From assembly GCA_038087875.1 (NCBI GenBank), contig JAXLNO010000081.1:124001-188000 (forward strand): a DNA stretch of 64,000 nt, written 5' to 3'. Below are positions 47,074-61,614 of this stretch, piece by piece; within the stretch, counting starts at the first letter, position 1, and the number at the start of each line of letters is the position of its first letter. A program made the translations under genes and the position numbers. This stretch comes from Malacoraja senta. Taxonomy: Eukaryota. Below the pieces are notes generated by a model that saw only the letters and a list, made by a program, of their open reading frames with translations, searched no databases and was not told where the DNA came from.

Positions 47074-50000
47074 AGATTTACCTGCAACTGAGGTAATTAG
47101 AGAAGAGTGGGAACGGGAATTAATGATAAAAATTACGACGGTTACATGGGAAAAGTATTTGACATACATTCACAAATGTTCGATTAATGCAATACATAAT
47201 ATAATTCAATTTAAAATTTTACATAGATTGTATTACTCAAAAACAAGATTAAATACATTTTACCCAAATATATCCCCCACTTGCGATAAATGTTTAATAG
47301 TAAGATTAAACGAGAACTTACCAAGTTTGAAGTTTGATCTTTATTTTATGAGGAGTAATGTTGAGGGATTACGTGAAGAAGCCCCGTCCAGCCGCACACG
47401 CGTCAATCTTTCAAAGCAGCGGAGTGACAATCACAGACGATAATTACTGAAGTATGATAGTAAGATGCATAAAGACTTAGAACTACCAGCTTGATCCTTT
47501 TATGAGGGTGGGAGCAGAGGGCACGTAATCCCTCAACGTTACTCCTCATAAAATAAAGATCAAACTTCAAACTTGGTAAGTTCTCGTTTAATCTTACTAT
47601 TTTACTTCGGAGTCACGTGAGTGACTACGTGAAGATTTCAAAGCTCTGTGATTTCACACCGTGGATTCAAATCCAGGTGTTCACTGCATCGATTGACTCT
47701 ATTTGAGTAAGCACAATCAACAATGCATAACCACAACATTTGAATGTAATCAGTTAATGGTTTTATTTGTTTTAATAAAATAACAAATATTAGGCCCATT
47801 TATAATGGGGGATTTAATACTGTATCCAGCACGGCATCACCAAACCCTCTGAGATCTTTAATCTCCTTGTGGTAATACTTGTGAAACATCTGTTCACTTG
47901 CCCATCCTGCGGCCGCGAGAATAAGGTCTATTGGCAAGCTGAATCCCTGGCCACTGATGTTGATGCCGCCCTCGTGGAAGGAGATTTAAATTTATCAGTA
48001 TCAATACCTGAATATCTCAACACCTGTTTCAACCATCGTGAAATTGTTTGTGTTGATACTTTCTTATGAGGCTTTTTATGACTAATAAAAATTGCCAATT
48101 CGGCGCCTCTTAAAACTTTTGTTGTTTCTATGTAACATTTCACATATGTTACTACACACAGTCGTGAATCTGTAGGCAATGCTAAAAATTCCAACTTGCA
48201 TCCTGTGGACCCAGGTCTACTTTGCTTCAGTAAATCATAGACATAGAATGTCACGGCATTTTGCCCTACTTTCATTCTATCAATTCTGGGTTTTGTAATG
48301 TTTGAACTCTCTGCGCTGAAACTAATGCCATGAGCATAACCAATTTCATGGTAATTTTGGATAATGACAGGGTTTCAACTGGATTCCAACTCCTTAGGAA
48401 CATCAGTACATCTTTTACATTCCAAATTTCTGTATACCTGGGTCTGGGAGGATTAGAGTTGAAAATTCCTTTCATAAACCTACAGACCCAAGGATGTTCT
48501 CCAATTGGAGTTTGTTCTGATTCACTGCTTAAATATGCAGAGAGTGCACTTCGTGCAGTATTAATTGCACTATAATTTCAATTCATAGTGTGGAGTTGAA
48601 AGAAACTCTATTACATCTGAAATTTCTACTGTGTTATATGCAATATTCTTTCCTGAACAAAACACCTCCCATTTCTTTATATAGGAAATGTACTGCTTCT
48701 GGGTACTATTCCTCCAGGCTGCTGTCATAACATCCACCGTACGGTCTGATAATCCTTTTCCAAGATATGCCTTCTTAGAATCTGCAAATCAACAAACCAA
48801 TACGATTATGTAAAGGATGTGATTCATTAGTCACAGGGTGTACAAGCAGTTTAATCTGCTTTGGAATAACCATAAGGGGTTTTTTGATCATTTTTAACAC
48901 CAGTGGGTACCATACCTGTGTAGGCCAATCTGGTACTACCAAAATCCCTGAGGCTTGAAGCTTGTTTAATTTTCTGTATGCATTTGTGGATTAAACAAAA
49001 TGGTGGAAAAGCATACAGAAACATACCACCCCAATGTAGCGAGAAAGCATCCACCACTACTGCTCCATGATCAGGTTACCATGACACATACTTAGGCAAC
49101 TGGTGGTTCAATCTTGATGCAAACAGATCAATTTCTGGCATTCCAAATTGTGTGATAATTTGTGTGAATATTTTCCGATTTAACATCCATTCTATTTTAT
49201 CATTAAATTTACGTGATCTTTTGTCTGCAATTGTATTAATTTTTACCTGGTAAATATATTGCTGACAGCCAAATTTTTCTGGCAATACCCCAGGTCCAAA
49301 TTTTATTTGCCAATTTATCACATGATTCTGATTTTATACCACCCATGTGATTTATGTATGCTACAGCTGTAGTATTGTCAACCTGTACCTGAACATGCAC
49401 ATTTCCCATATCAGTGCAATAAGCTCTAAGGCCGTAAAATGCGCCTAATAGCTCTAGATAATTGATTCCCAGATTTTCCAGCAAAGGTACTTCATTCACA
49501 TTCCACCTACCTCCACAGCTGGAAATCATGTTAGTAGCGCCCCACTCAGCACACTTACATCAGTCTGTAGAGTGACGGAAGGTGTTTCTACCAGAACTTT
49601 TCTGGAAGCATTAGAAACATTGTTAATCCACCATTCTATTTCTGTAATGGATTGAATTGTTAATTTCATGGGCCTATCAAGATGCCCTCTATTCATTTTT
49701 AATGCTTGTACCTTAGCTCTCTGTAAACATTGATAATGCAATGGTCCAAACGTGACCGCTGGAAACCCTGCAATTAATTTGCCTAGCAAACTTGCCACTT
49801 CTCTAATTGAAGGTGTGTCTTCGTTAATGGGTTTTATGCAACCTTCAATTAACTGCAGCTTTTTATCTTTTGGCAAAGTGATTACCATGTGTTCAGAGTT
49901 AATTGTGAACCCTAGGTAATCAATCTTTTTGCTTGGTAACAATTTAGATTTTTGTAGGTGAATAATGAAACCTAATTTCTCAAAATGTATTTGACTCTGG

Positions 50001-53000
50001 ATACTGACAATTTTGCAGCAGCCAAAGTGTCCCCTACAATGAGGATATCATCTAAATAAGCCATTAATACATGGCCCTCAGCTCTTAACAGAGCTAAAAT
50101 TTGGTTTGAGCAATTTAGTGAATAATCTTGGTGCTGAAATCAGACCATTGGGCAATGCTTTAAATTGCCATAACTGACTCATCCATCTAAATTTCAAATA
50201 TCTTTGATCATTAACATGCATTGCCACAGAATAATATGCATTTTGCAGATCTATGCTTGCCTTATAGCAATTCTTTGTGACTAGCTAAATGGCATTAGTA
50301 AATGTTTCCATTTTGAAATGTTTCTATTGTACATAAACGTTAAGATTTGTCAGATCGGAAATGATTCTATGTCCACCATCCCTTTTCTAGGAGAATATTC
50401 CTAGGAGAATATTTGACACAAACTGACATTTATATCATCCTTTTCTGCATAAAATTTTTCAATTCTCCTTTGATCAACCCATTCTCTTCCTTTGAGAAAA
50501 ATCCGTGACCAGTTTGAATTATGCTGAATTGGAGGATCCAAACGTGGAGAGAACTCAATTTTGAATCCTACAATGCTACATAGAATAAATGAATCATTTG
50601 TTATTGATTGCCATTCTTTTAGGAAGAATCGTAACCTTCCCCCTATTTGTGAGTGTGAAACATTTGTTGTGTTTCTTACCAGACCAAGCCCCCTTACCTC
50701 GGGGTTTGCCACCGGCAGTTGTTGTCCCCTTCTAGTAGGCACATTGTAACCTCCACGTATCCTCGGTGCAGCACGTCAACGTGTATACGAGAATGATAGG
50801 ATTGTTCCTTCTCCAGCACCACATTTCGCCTGTAGGGATACTGCCTTCTCACCACTCTGCTCAGCATAGGTGATCCTTTAGTTTCTTTGCTAGATTTTCT
50901 CCAAAACAGATTTAGGCATTTGTATATTGCATGGTTTGCAGAGCCTGCATACTTAGGATGAATATTTGGTCTTATTGCATTTTTATGAATACAATTTATT
51001 TCAAAGTGCGCACTACACATGAGTGCTACATTTTGTTGTGAATACGATATATAACCTTCATCCAAACCACTGACCCCAGAAATTTCAGCACTTGTGTAAT
51101 TTCAATTCTTGTGAGCGTAAACCACTGCTCAAATTACCCATATCAAGTTTATTCACTGCTGTAACTGCTACAATTTCCCGGGTCTCATATTTTTTGATAG
51201 TCTAATCCATGGTTAATTCCTGGGCTGATGGGAGAGTAGATAATTTATAGTCATAGCTATTTCCTCTCAAAGGTTCCCCTGTTACTCTGGGAACAGCAAA
51301 GTTTTGTGCCAGCCTTGGAACATTTTTGGCTCTGATAATGGGCTCTGGTCCTCATTTAAATCATCATCTAAATCTAGATATTCATTTTTATGTTGGGTAA
51401 TTTCTGGCTCCCCTGTTTCAGGTAAGTCTCTGCCAGATTCCCCCTGCGCGGGCTCTCTTGTAGGCCCACGGACAGGCAGCCCTGCTTCAGGTGCTGCTGG
51501 CGCTGGCTCAATTCTAGGCCAACGCTTCATTATTTTTACTCTTTATATTTGTCGGTGCTGGCTTTTGTTCAGGCATTTCTAGTACTGGCTCTCCAATAGG
51601 CCAACACATAACTTGCCTTTTTTCTGGCATTTTTGGGCACTGGCTCTCCTGCAGGCCAACCTCTTTAATGTTTCTGCACAGGTACTGATGGCTCTCCTGT
51701 AGGCCACCCTTGTGCCTGTTCCAAGGCACCTCCTGTGCTATACTTCATTGGCCAACACCGACTTAAATCCTCCTGTGGGGGTTCTTTACAAATCATCTGC
51801 CCCATAAGGAGTTAAAAAGTTTTTGACCCTTGCAGTGTAATACTCTTACCTGCCTGAGGAGGGCATACCTCCGGTTCTGACTCATCCGAGTCTACAGGTC
51901 GGGCCGATTTTTTTTTTTCCTCAGCTTTGCGCCCGCCCGCGGCGGTTTAATGCACATTCGACCACAACGGGAGTTAATGGCTTCGCTGCCACTGACTCCC
52001 CTGACTGACGCCCGCTACCCTTAGGATCTGGGGTTTTACTACGGTGCGTCCCTGGCCGCCTCTCCTTCCCATTTCTCCATAATAAACTTGTGTGGAGCTC
52101 CACCAACAAGTCTAAATGGGAAGGAAACGCTCCTGTAAGTGAAAAATAACTCCACTTATCTTCCGACTTTTGTTTTACTTTTGTTTTACGCTCCTGCTCC
52201 TCCACACACGGTCATGAACGCTATGCGTCTGATCGATAATGACGCGTGTGCGGCTAGACGGGGCTTCTTCACGTAGTCACTCACGTGACTCTGACGTAAA
52301 ATCCAAGATGCGACTATAACACACTCTTTTGTTTCCTGTATAAAACTTTATAGATTTTGGAGTGATATTTTCGAAATATTCACAAAATTATTTAAGATAA
52401 AAATGGAACCTAATAATGAATTGATTGTATTTGGGGTAATGGAAGATGGGAATGAATTGAATCCATCTCAAAAATTATTTTTTAATTATGGTTTAATCAT
52501 AGCAAAAAAATTAATACTTAAATTTTGGAAAAATACACCAATACCAACGCTCAAAATGTGGATCGCAAGTATGTTGGACACTGCACATCTTGAGGAAATG
52601 CGATTCCTCCCAATAGATAAATTTGACCAATTCACAACGAGTTGGTCTCCATTTGTCGTCTTTTTGGAATCATATGGTGCAACACAATTGTAAAAAGCTA
52701 ACTCGTGACTGGGCGAGGGATGGTCAAGATTATAAATAAGATCTCCTTACTTCTTTTTTCTTTTTCTTCCTTTTTTTTCTTTTATTCTCTTTTTCCTATT
52801 TTCTACTCTTTAACTTTCCTCTTTCACTCTCTATTTTTCTTCTCCACACACTATATATCTCACATTTTTCTATACTTCATCATCTAATTTCTTTTTCTTT
52901 TCTTCTTTATTATAATAAAAAAATAAGAAGCTGTACATAAAATGTATTATGAAAATATGATTGTATACAATTGTACTTACTTCTAATAAAATAAAAATAT

Positions 53001-53016
53001 TTACAAAAATAAAAAA
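47074..53016 (+). mobile_element. L1 LINE C (short 3' fragment, same family as B, opposite strand), split by a DIRS
   Basis: 16-bp TSD AACAATGATAGGTTTC (47058-47073 and 53017-53032); CDKCL joins IQDATITHSF across the DIRS. Confidence 0.9.
47298..52301 (-). mobile_element. Second full-length decayed DIRS1-type element
   Basis: Same termini and ICR (about 47520-47635) as 19691-24445; YR, MT and RT/RH fragments on the minus strand. Confidence 0.93.
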
Positions 53017-56000
53017 AACAATGATAGGTTTCTTAATTTTAAAGTTAATTTTATTTGTTTCCAAATTCTTATTGTATTATGTATAATTGGGTTATACTTA
53101 TATATTGTGTTGTTCAGTTTTATCGGGGAGAAGAGGATCACTCCTATATTACAAGGAGAACAATCCTCTTTCTCCTTTCTTATCCATTCTGTCTGTTGGG
53201 TAGGACTGTCCAACCTATAAATTATATTCTTAATATGCACTGCCCAATAATAATACAAAAAGTTCGGAAGTGAAAGTCCCCCAACGTCTTTGGGTTTACA
53301 CAGGTGTTTTCTTTGAATTCTATGTGATCTATAGTCCCAAATAAAATTGGTAATATTAGAGTCTAGTTTTTTTTAAACGATTTTTGGTATATATAATGGT
53401 ATAGATTGAAATCGGTATAATATTTATGGTAAAAAGATCATTTTTATAGCGTTTATTCTGCCTATTAATGACAACGGAAGTGTTTTCCAGAATTTAATCA
53501 ACGCGTTCAGTTTATTTAATAAAGGCATAAAATTAGCATTAAATAATGATTTGTATTTTCTTGTAATTTGAATACCCAAATACTTAAATTTTTCTGTTGC
53601 AATTTTAAAGGGGAATTTTAATAGGTGTCGATTCTTGAGGTTTTAACGTCATGATTTCACTTTTATTCCAATTTATTCTATATCCTGAAAAAGAACCAAA
53701 TTCCTCTATTAAATTTAATAAGTGTGGTATGCTCGTTTGTGAATTTGTAATGTATAGAAGTATATCGTCTGCGTATAATGAAATTTTATTATTTGAGTCC
53801 TTCGTATTACATCCCCGAATATTCGGATGAGTTCTTATGCTTCCAGCCAAGGGCTCTATCATAAGGACAAATAGCAGGGGTGATAAAGCACATCCCTGCC
53901 TATTGCCCCTCGATAATTGAAATTTTGGAGATAACATATTATTAGTCAATATTCTTGCCGTCGGTTTATCATATAATAATTTTACCCATACAATAAAATT
54001 CTCTCCGATACTAAATTTTTGCAGTACTTTATATAAATACTGCCACTCTACCTGATCAAATGCTTTCTCTGCGTCCAAAGAAACAATTGATATATCTTCT
54101 TCTTCTGTTTTATGTGAGTACATTATATTAAACAGGCGTCTCAAATTATTAAATGAATGTCTTTTGGGTATAAACCCCGTTTGATCTGGATTTATCAATT
54201 TACTAATATATTTACTCAATCTTCTTACTAAAGTCTTTGCTAAAATTTTCTGATCTGTATTTAAAAGTGATATGGCTCTATAATAACCCGGTTCTTCTAA
54301 ATCTTTATCTTTTTTTGGTATAAGCGTAATAGTTGATTCAGCTAATGTTTCTGGTAGTTTATTTTCTTTAAAGGCGTGAGTATATAATTAAACTAAACGT
54401 GGAGCCGTTATCTCGTGAAATCTTTTGTAAAATTCATTGCTAAAACCATCTGGTCCAGGCGTCTTACCATATTTCAACGATTTTATTGTTTCTCCTATTT
54501 CTGAGCTCCTAATTCCTCTTGTTCAGAGAGGTCAAGTTTTGGAAGATTACAGTTATCTACAAATTTTATAATTTTACTATCTTCTATTTTAGTTTTAGAT
54601 GTATATAGATTTTGATAAAAATTGAGCAAATATTTTGTTAATATTTTTATTTTTAGGTAATGTTAGTAATTCACCTTTCTCTGATTTAATTTTAGTGATA
54701 GTATTTTCCTTTTCTTGTTTATTCAATTGATGAGCTAAGAATTTATGTGGCTTATCACCAAATTCAAAATGTTCCTTTGTAATTTGGAATAATCTTACAA
54801 CTCATGTCGATAAAATTCGATTAAGTTTAAATTTCAATAGTATTATCTTATTATGTTTATCTGTAGATGGATCTTTGGCATTATCTAACTCTAATTGTCA
54901 AATTTCTTGTTCTAACATCAGTTGTTCTGTCTTATTCTTTTTATTTTGGAAGATTTGATATGAGATTATAACTCCTCTGATAAATGCCTTGAAAGTTTCC
55001 CATAATAAAGAAGGTGAAATACCTGGTGTCTCATTTGTCTAAAAAAAAATGTCATTTGTTGTTTTAGATATTTATAACCTTGTGGATTGTTTAAGATTTG
55101 TGTGTTAAACCTCCAGAAAGATTTATTACCCGGCACTCCCTCAAATTTCAATAGAAAAGTCAACGGGATATGATCGGAAATAATACTATTTTGGTATTCC
55201 ATATTTCTAACGTAAATGCTACTATTGGATCCATAGCATGTCTCAAAGCCACTCTCAGATATTTGTCTCCCACCAAAGTCTGGGTCTGGCAACCCTGTAT
55301 CTTCCTTTGCATTTCTTTCCATCGAGATTCATAATCAGGTCTACACCAACAAGCCAGAGGTCTGAGTTGAGCTGCATAAAAGTATTTCCTCAGATTTGGT
55401 AAAGCCATTCCACCCTTGCTTTTCGGCAGTTGAAGTGTTGTTAATTTTATTCTTGGTTTTTAGCTATTCCAAATGAATCTAGAGATCATCTTATCCCAGG
55501 CTATGAATTTGTCTCGGGGAACACTAATTGGGAGAGATTGGAATAAATATAGTACCTTGGGTAGGATATTCATTTTTACTGTTTGTATTCTGGCACTGGT
55601 CTAGAGGAAGGGTAGACCACCTTTCAACATCCTTTTTGATGTTTTCTTCAATTTTGTTATAACTAGTTTCAAACATGTTGGAAAGTGTTTTGGTTATAGT
55701 TACACCAAGATACCGTATCGTTTTAGAATTCCATTTCAGATTATTATTTCACTGATTTGTTGGGATGGAGAATAATTGAATGAAAAATTTGTGTTTTTGT
55801 TATATTCAGCTTATACCCTGAGTAGTATCCATATGTTTCATATAGGTTCATTAGATTTGGGAGACATATATCTGGTCGTTCAAGAAAAATAATGACATCA
55901 TCAACAAAAAGACCAATGATATGTTCTTTCCCCCCTATTTTGAACCCCTGCAGGTCTTCTCTCTGCCTTATTGCTTGTGCTAAGGGTTTAATATACAAAA

Positions 56001-59000
56001 TGAAGATAGTAGGAGAAAGACAGCATCCTTGTCTTGTGCCCCTCTCTAACTGGATCCTTTTTGATAGGTTTCCATTTACCTTAATGTTAGCTGTAGGCTC
56101 CTGATATATTGTTTTAATACACCGAATTGCATCTTCATTGAGACCAAATCTTCTCAGTACTTCATATAAAAATACCCAACTAACACTATCAAAGGCTTTT
56201 TCTGCATCTAAACTGACCAGGACCATATTTGTATCCTTTTTTTTAGCATTATCCACAATGTGGAGGGTTCTTCTAATATTGTCCTGTGTTTGACGCCCCC
56301 TAATAAATCCAGTTTGGTCTTCATTAATCAGATCTGGTACAAAAGTCTCGAGTCTTTTGCAAATGATTGAGGTAAATAGTTTGTAGTCTACATTTAAAAT
56401 TGAGATTGGCCTGAAATGTTTACATTGCTCTTTGTCTTTGCCTTCCTTAGGTAAAATGGTAATAATTGCTTCCTTCCATGATGGGGGAGCCCTGCCCTCT
56501 CTATGGGTCCAGTTAAAGCAAGACAGGAGCAGAGGTGTTAGCTCTTTCTTAAAGGCCTTGTATCATTCTGATGGAAACCCATCGCTGCCTGGTGATTTAC
56601 TAGCCTTAAGTCTACTGATTGCAGCTTCCAGCTCCTTAACCACAAATTGTGATGTAATGGTATTATTTTGTGTCTCACCAATTGATGGCAGGTCGGGTGC
56701 GTTAAGTAAACTTGTCATTGTCCTTTCGTCAGCTGATGGTGGTTTAGAATAAAGTTTCTTATAGTATTCTTCAAATATTCTTTCTATCTCATCTGGCTCA
56801 TGTGATAATTGATTGGTTTTAGGATCTCTTATTTTATGAATTGTATTAGAGCCCTGCAGTTTACGCAGGCGTCTGGCCAGGAGTCTAGTTGCTTTTGGAC
56901 CTGCTTCATAATAGTCTGCTTTACAAATCGTGTCTTTTTTTCCATATCTCGCCTGAGGATCTCATCTATCTCCCCCCTTATTTCCTTAATCTGTTTTCGT
57001 ACCAACTGCTCCTGTATGTTTTTTCTCAAATTTGTTCAATTTTTCTACTTTCTACTTTATGTTCATACGTTTGTGATGATGTCAGGGCGATCAGCTTTCC
57101 ACGTATAACTGCATTCATAGCATCCCACAATATTACAGGATCCACATCCCCATTATCATTCTCTTCTATGTACCTTTATATCTCTTCCCTTATTTGTTCC
57201 ACATTAGCCTTATTATTCAAAATACCCACATTGAGCCTCCAAGCTGTATTTCTTTTTCTGTGATCGCACTGTAATCAGATACATCTGCCACCCCAATTTT
57301 ACACTCTGAGATCCAGTGGCTTTCACCCGTATTCATTAAAAAGTAGTCAATCCTGGAGTAGACTGAATGAGGTACTGAATAGTGTGTGTAGTCCTTTTCT
57401 AAAGGGTGAAGTTCTCTCCAAACATCAATTAGGCCCATTTCCTGCACTGATGTGTTAATAAACTTGGTCAGATGCATCTTGGGGTTTTTTAGGCTTGTTG
57501 TATCCAAATTATGATTCATAACCACATTGAAGTCCCCTCCACATATCAAAATACCTTCAGTCTCTAAAGTAATAATGTCAAACAGAGTTTTGAAAAAAAA
57601 AATTGGTACTCTCTGGGGGTGCATATACATTGATCAGTGTCATTACTTTGTTTTCCAGCTTTCCTTTAACTAATACATACCTTCCCTCTTTGTCTCTGAC
57701 TTCTTTATAGCATTAAAATTGGACTGCATTTGTGATAAGGATAGCCACTCCCCTCTTTTGGCTAGTTTTATAGGAACTATAAAATGCATTTCTAAAGCCA
57801 AAGCGTTTAAATTTCTCATGTTCTTGTTGAGGCAAGTGGGTTTCTTGTAAAAATAGTACCTGAGCCTTTTCTTTTTTCAGTTTAGCCAGTACCTTGCTCC
57901 TTTTAACTGGATTATTCATCCCATTTACATTGAGTGACACCAATTTAATAGTATTACGTGACATTTAATTTACCTAATCCTGTATTGCATTCATAAATCT
58001 CCAGATAACTTGGAACTGTGCAGGTCTGCAGGTCTGAACATCTGGACACTATGTGTCAAATAAAGAAAATTTAAAAAAAGAGAAAACAGTTGACTTCCAA
58101 GTAAGGGTGCTTCCTTGCCACCCTGTGTCCCCGTTGGCAGGTAGAGGGGAAGCTGTTGTTCTGACACTGGAGTGCCAGGTCAGCCACCTCCTCCAGGTAG
58201 GCCATCTCTTCATTATTGGAGATCAGGCCCACCACCACTGTGTCATCAGCAAACTTGATGCTGGATTTGGAGCGTGAAGAGGGAAAGATTTAGTAGGAAT
58301 CTGAGGGGTACAGAAAATAAATGAATGAAAGATACGAATGGAACCAATGGAAGATATGGAGTCTGAAGATATGGAGTCTGAAACATCGCCTGTCTATTCC
58401 TTTTCACACAAAGGGTGGTGGGTGTCTGGAACAAGCTGTCAGATGAGGTAGTTGAGGCTGGGACTATCCCAACAGTTAAGAAACAGTTAGACAGGTACAT
58501 GGAGATGACAGGTTTGGAGAGATATGGACCAAGTGCAGGCAGGTAGGACTAGTGTAGCTGAGACATTTTGGCCGGAGGGCTTGTTTCCACACTGTTCATT
58601 CTATGACTCTATGACTCTATGACGGTCTCCACAGCCCTCTGGAGCAATGAATTCCACAGATTAAATACCCTCTCACTAAAGAAGTTTCTCCTCACCTCCT
58701 TTCTAAAAGAGCACCCTAATTCTGAGGCTATGACTTCTGGTCCTAGACTCTCACACCAGTGGAAACATCCTTTCCACATCCACTCTATCTATGTCTTTAT
58801 TTATTATGTAATTTTCAATGAGGTCACCCCCCAACCTTCCAAACTACAGTGAGTAAAGACCGAGTGCTGTCAAACGCTCATCATATGCTAACCTACTCAT
58901 TCCTGGAATAATTCTTGTAAACCTCGTCTGGACCCTCTCCAGAGCCAGCACATCCATCCTCAGATGTGGGGCCCAAATTTGCTCACAGTACTCCAAATGT

Positions 59001-59089
59001 GGCCTGACCAGCGCCTTATACAGCATTAGAATGTGACAAACATGTAATGAATAAAGGACCATTGAACCATTGATACAAACTTCCTAATC

Positions 59090-59915
59090 ATGCAACTTCT
59101 ATAGGTTCACAGTAGGGAGCATATTAACTGGTTGCATCAAGGCCTAGTTCGGCAACTCGAATGCGCAGGAGCGAAGAAGATTGCAAAAAGTGGTGAACAC
59201 TGACCTCCCCACCATGACGGGTACTGACCTCCCCACCATCGAAAGGATTTACTGAAGTTGCTGCCTCAAAAATGCAGCCAGCATCATCGGAGACCAACAC
59301 CACCCTGGTCGCGCTCTCATTTCACCCCTGCCATCAGGAAAAAGGTACAGGAGCCTGAAAACTGTAACGTCCACGTTCAGGAGCAGCTTTTCCCCTGCAA
59401 CCATCAGGCTATTAAACACTACAACCTCAAATAAGCACTGAACTACATAGACTATTATTGATATTATTGCACTAGTATTGTTTGTCTGTTTTATATGTGT
59501 ACACTTATATGTACTCATAAAAAATACATTCAATTAATAAATAGATAAATGAATAAATAAATAAATAAATAAATAGACAGACAAACAAATAAGTAGATAA
59601 ACAGGTCAATAAATAAATAAATATATAAATAACTAGATAGATAAACAGACAGACAGACAGACAGACAAATAGACGGGTAAATAAATAAATAGATAAACAG
59701 ACGGGTAAAAAAGTAAATAAACGGACAGATAAATAAATAGATTTTAAAAATCAGTTAGTATATATATACATGCACACTGCATCTGTTTGTTTGCTTGTTT
59801 GTTTATTTATTTTCCTCATTTATCATATTGTTTACAGAGCACTATGTTTACATGTTCTGTTGTGCTGCTGCAAGTAAAACTTTCATTGTTCTGTCTGGGA
59901 CACATGGCAATGAAA
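59090..59915 (+). mobile_element. Rex-Babar/L2-like 3' fragment containing a (TAAA/TAGA/CAGA)n microsatellite (59535-59740)
   Basis: SILTGCIKA.FGN..LPSGKRYRSL..FRSSFSP. Confidence 0.75.
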
Positions 59916-60109
59916 CACCTCTAGTCTAGACTGTGCCACTAGTGGAAACATCCTCTCCGCATCCACTCTATCCAAACCTTTCATATTACGTACAATTTAA
60001 TGAGATCCCCCTCATTCTTCTAAAGTCCAGCGAATATAGGCCCAGTGCCATCAAACGTTCATCCACTTAGTTAACCCACTCATTCCTGGGATCATCCTTG
60101 TAAACCTCA

Positions 60110-61152
60110 CATGGTAGGCTGCTCTGGAAGGTTCGATCGCATGGGATCCAAGGAGAGATAGCTGAATGGAGAGAAAATTGGATTCATGGAAGGAAGCAGA
60201 GGGTGATGGTGGAAGGTTGCCTCTCGGAGTGGAGATCTGTGATTAGTGTTGTGCCTCGGGCTTCGGTCCTGGACCCATTGCTGTTTGTCATCTATCTCAA
60301 TGATTTGGATGAGAATGTACATGGCACGATTAGCAAGTTTGGGGATGATACAAAAGTGGGTGGGATTGCCGATAATGAAGGTGGATGTCAAAAATTGCAG
60401 CAGGATCTTGATCGGTTGGTCAGGTGGACTGAGGAATGGTTGATGGAATTTAATACACAGAAATGTGAGGTGTTGCATTTTGGAAAGTCTAACATGGGCA
60501 GGACCGACACAGTTAATGGTAGGGCTCTGGGGAGTGTTGTGGAGCAGAGGGATCTAGGAGTGCAGGTACATAATTCCTTGAAGTAGCTTCGCCAGTCAGA
60601 GTATTGAGTATAGAAGTTGGGAGGTTATGTTTCGGTTATAAAAGACATTGGTGAGGCCGCATTTAAAATATTGTGATCAGTTCTGAGCACCATTACAGTA
60701 AAGATAATATCAAGTTGGAAAGTGTGCAGAGAGGATTTACGAGGATGTTGACAAGACTCGAGGGCCTGAGTTGTAGGAGAGGTTGAGTAGGCTGGGACTC
60801 TATTCCTTGGTGCGCAGGAGGATGAGGGATGATCTTATACAGGTGTATTAATTCAAGAACCAGATGACATAGGTTTAAGGTGAAGAGGGAAAGATTTAAT
60901 AGGAAGCTGAAGGGTACGTTCTTCACAGAAAGATTGGTGGGTGTATGGAACGAGCTGTCAGAGGAGGTAGTTGAGGCAGGGACTTTTGCAATGTTTATGA
61001 AGCAATTGGACAGGTGCATGGATAGGACAGGTTTACATGGATATGGGCTAAACGCAGGCAGGTGGCACTGGTGTAGATTGGATATGTTGGGGCGGTGTGG
61101 GCAAGTTGGGTGAAGGGCCTGTTTCCACAATGTATGACTCTATGACACTATG
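60110..61152 (+). mobile_element. CR1 3' fragment
   Basis: YLNDLD..SKFGDDTK; (tatgactc) tail. Confidence 0.9.
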
Positions 61153-61614
61153 GCTCCAACGCATGTGACACCTGCCTTCATGCTCTCTTACCCCTTGACA
61201 CTGCCCACAAGCCACGTTGGTCCCTTGATTCCATTAGCACTGAGCTATATCTAACTCTCTCTAGAAAACATCCAGTGAATTGGCCTCCACTGCCTACTGT
61301 GGCAGAGAATCCCACAAATTCACAACTCTCTGGGTAAAAAGGTTTTTCCTCAGAGTCCTTAATGGCTGACCCCTTATTCTTGAAATGTGACCCCTGGTTC
61401 TGGACACCCCAAACATGGGGAACCTTATTCCTGCATCTAGCCCGTCCAATCCCTTAAGAATTAAAAATGTTTTTATCAGATCCCCTCTCATCTTTCTAAT
61501 TTCCAGGGAATACAAGCCCAGTCGACCCATTCTTTCATCATATGTCAGTTCCGTCATCCCGGTAATTAACCTGGTGAATCTACATTGCACTCCCTCAATT
61601 CACCTTAAATCCTT

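Larger units (their letters stand above)
45814..55195 (-). mobile_element. L1 LINE B (5'-truncated) inserted in LINE A, split into 45814-47073 and 53017-55195
   Basis: 13-bp TSD ATTCCATATTTCT (45801-45813 and 55196-55208); poly(A) tail; DAEKAFD, YADD. Confidence 0.9.
44558..58142 (-). mobile_element. L1/Tx1-clade LINE A, ORF2 decayed, split into 44558-45813 and 55196-58142
   Basis: [47 protein letters not shown]-terminal C..H.FW.C region; A-rich tail. Confidence 0.9.
43067..58273 (-). mobile_element. Rex-Babar/L2-like LINE split into 43067-43184, 43973-44557 and 58143-58273
   Basis: KFADDTVVVGLISNNEE..QNNS at 58.2 kb continues as NVSKIKELIVGF at 44.55 kb; (TTGAC)n tail at about 43065. Confidence 0.8.
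42446..58623 (+). mobile_element. CR1 3' fragment split into 42446-43066 and 58274-58623 by nested insertions
   Basis: ...gggcacaggttcaag joins gtgaagagggaaagatttag..., reconstituting the CR1 3' sequence seen at 60866-60910; (ctatgact)n tail. Confidence 0.8.
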
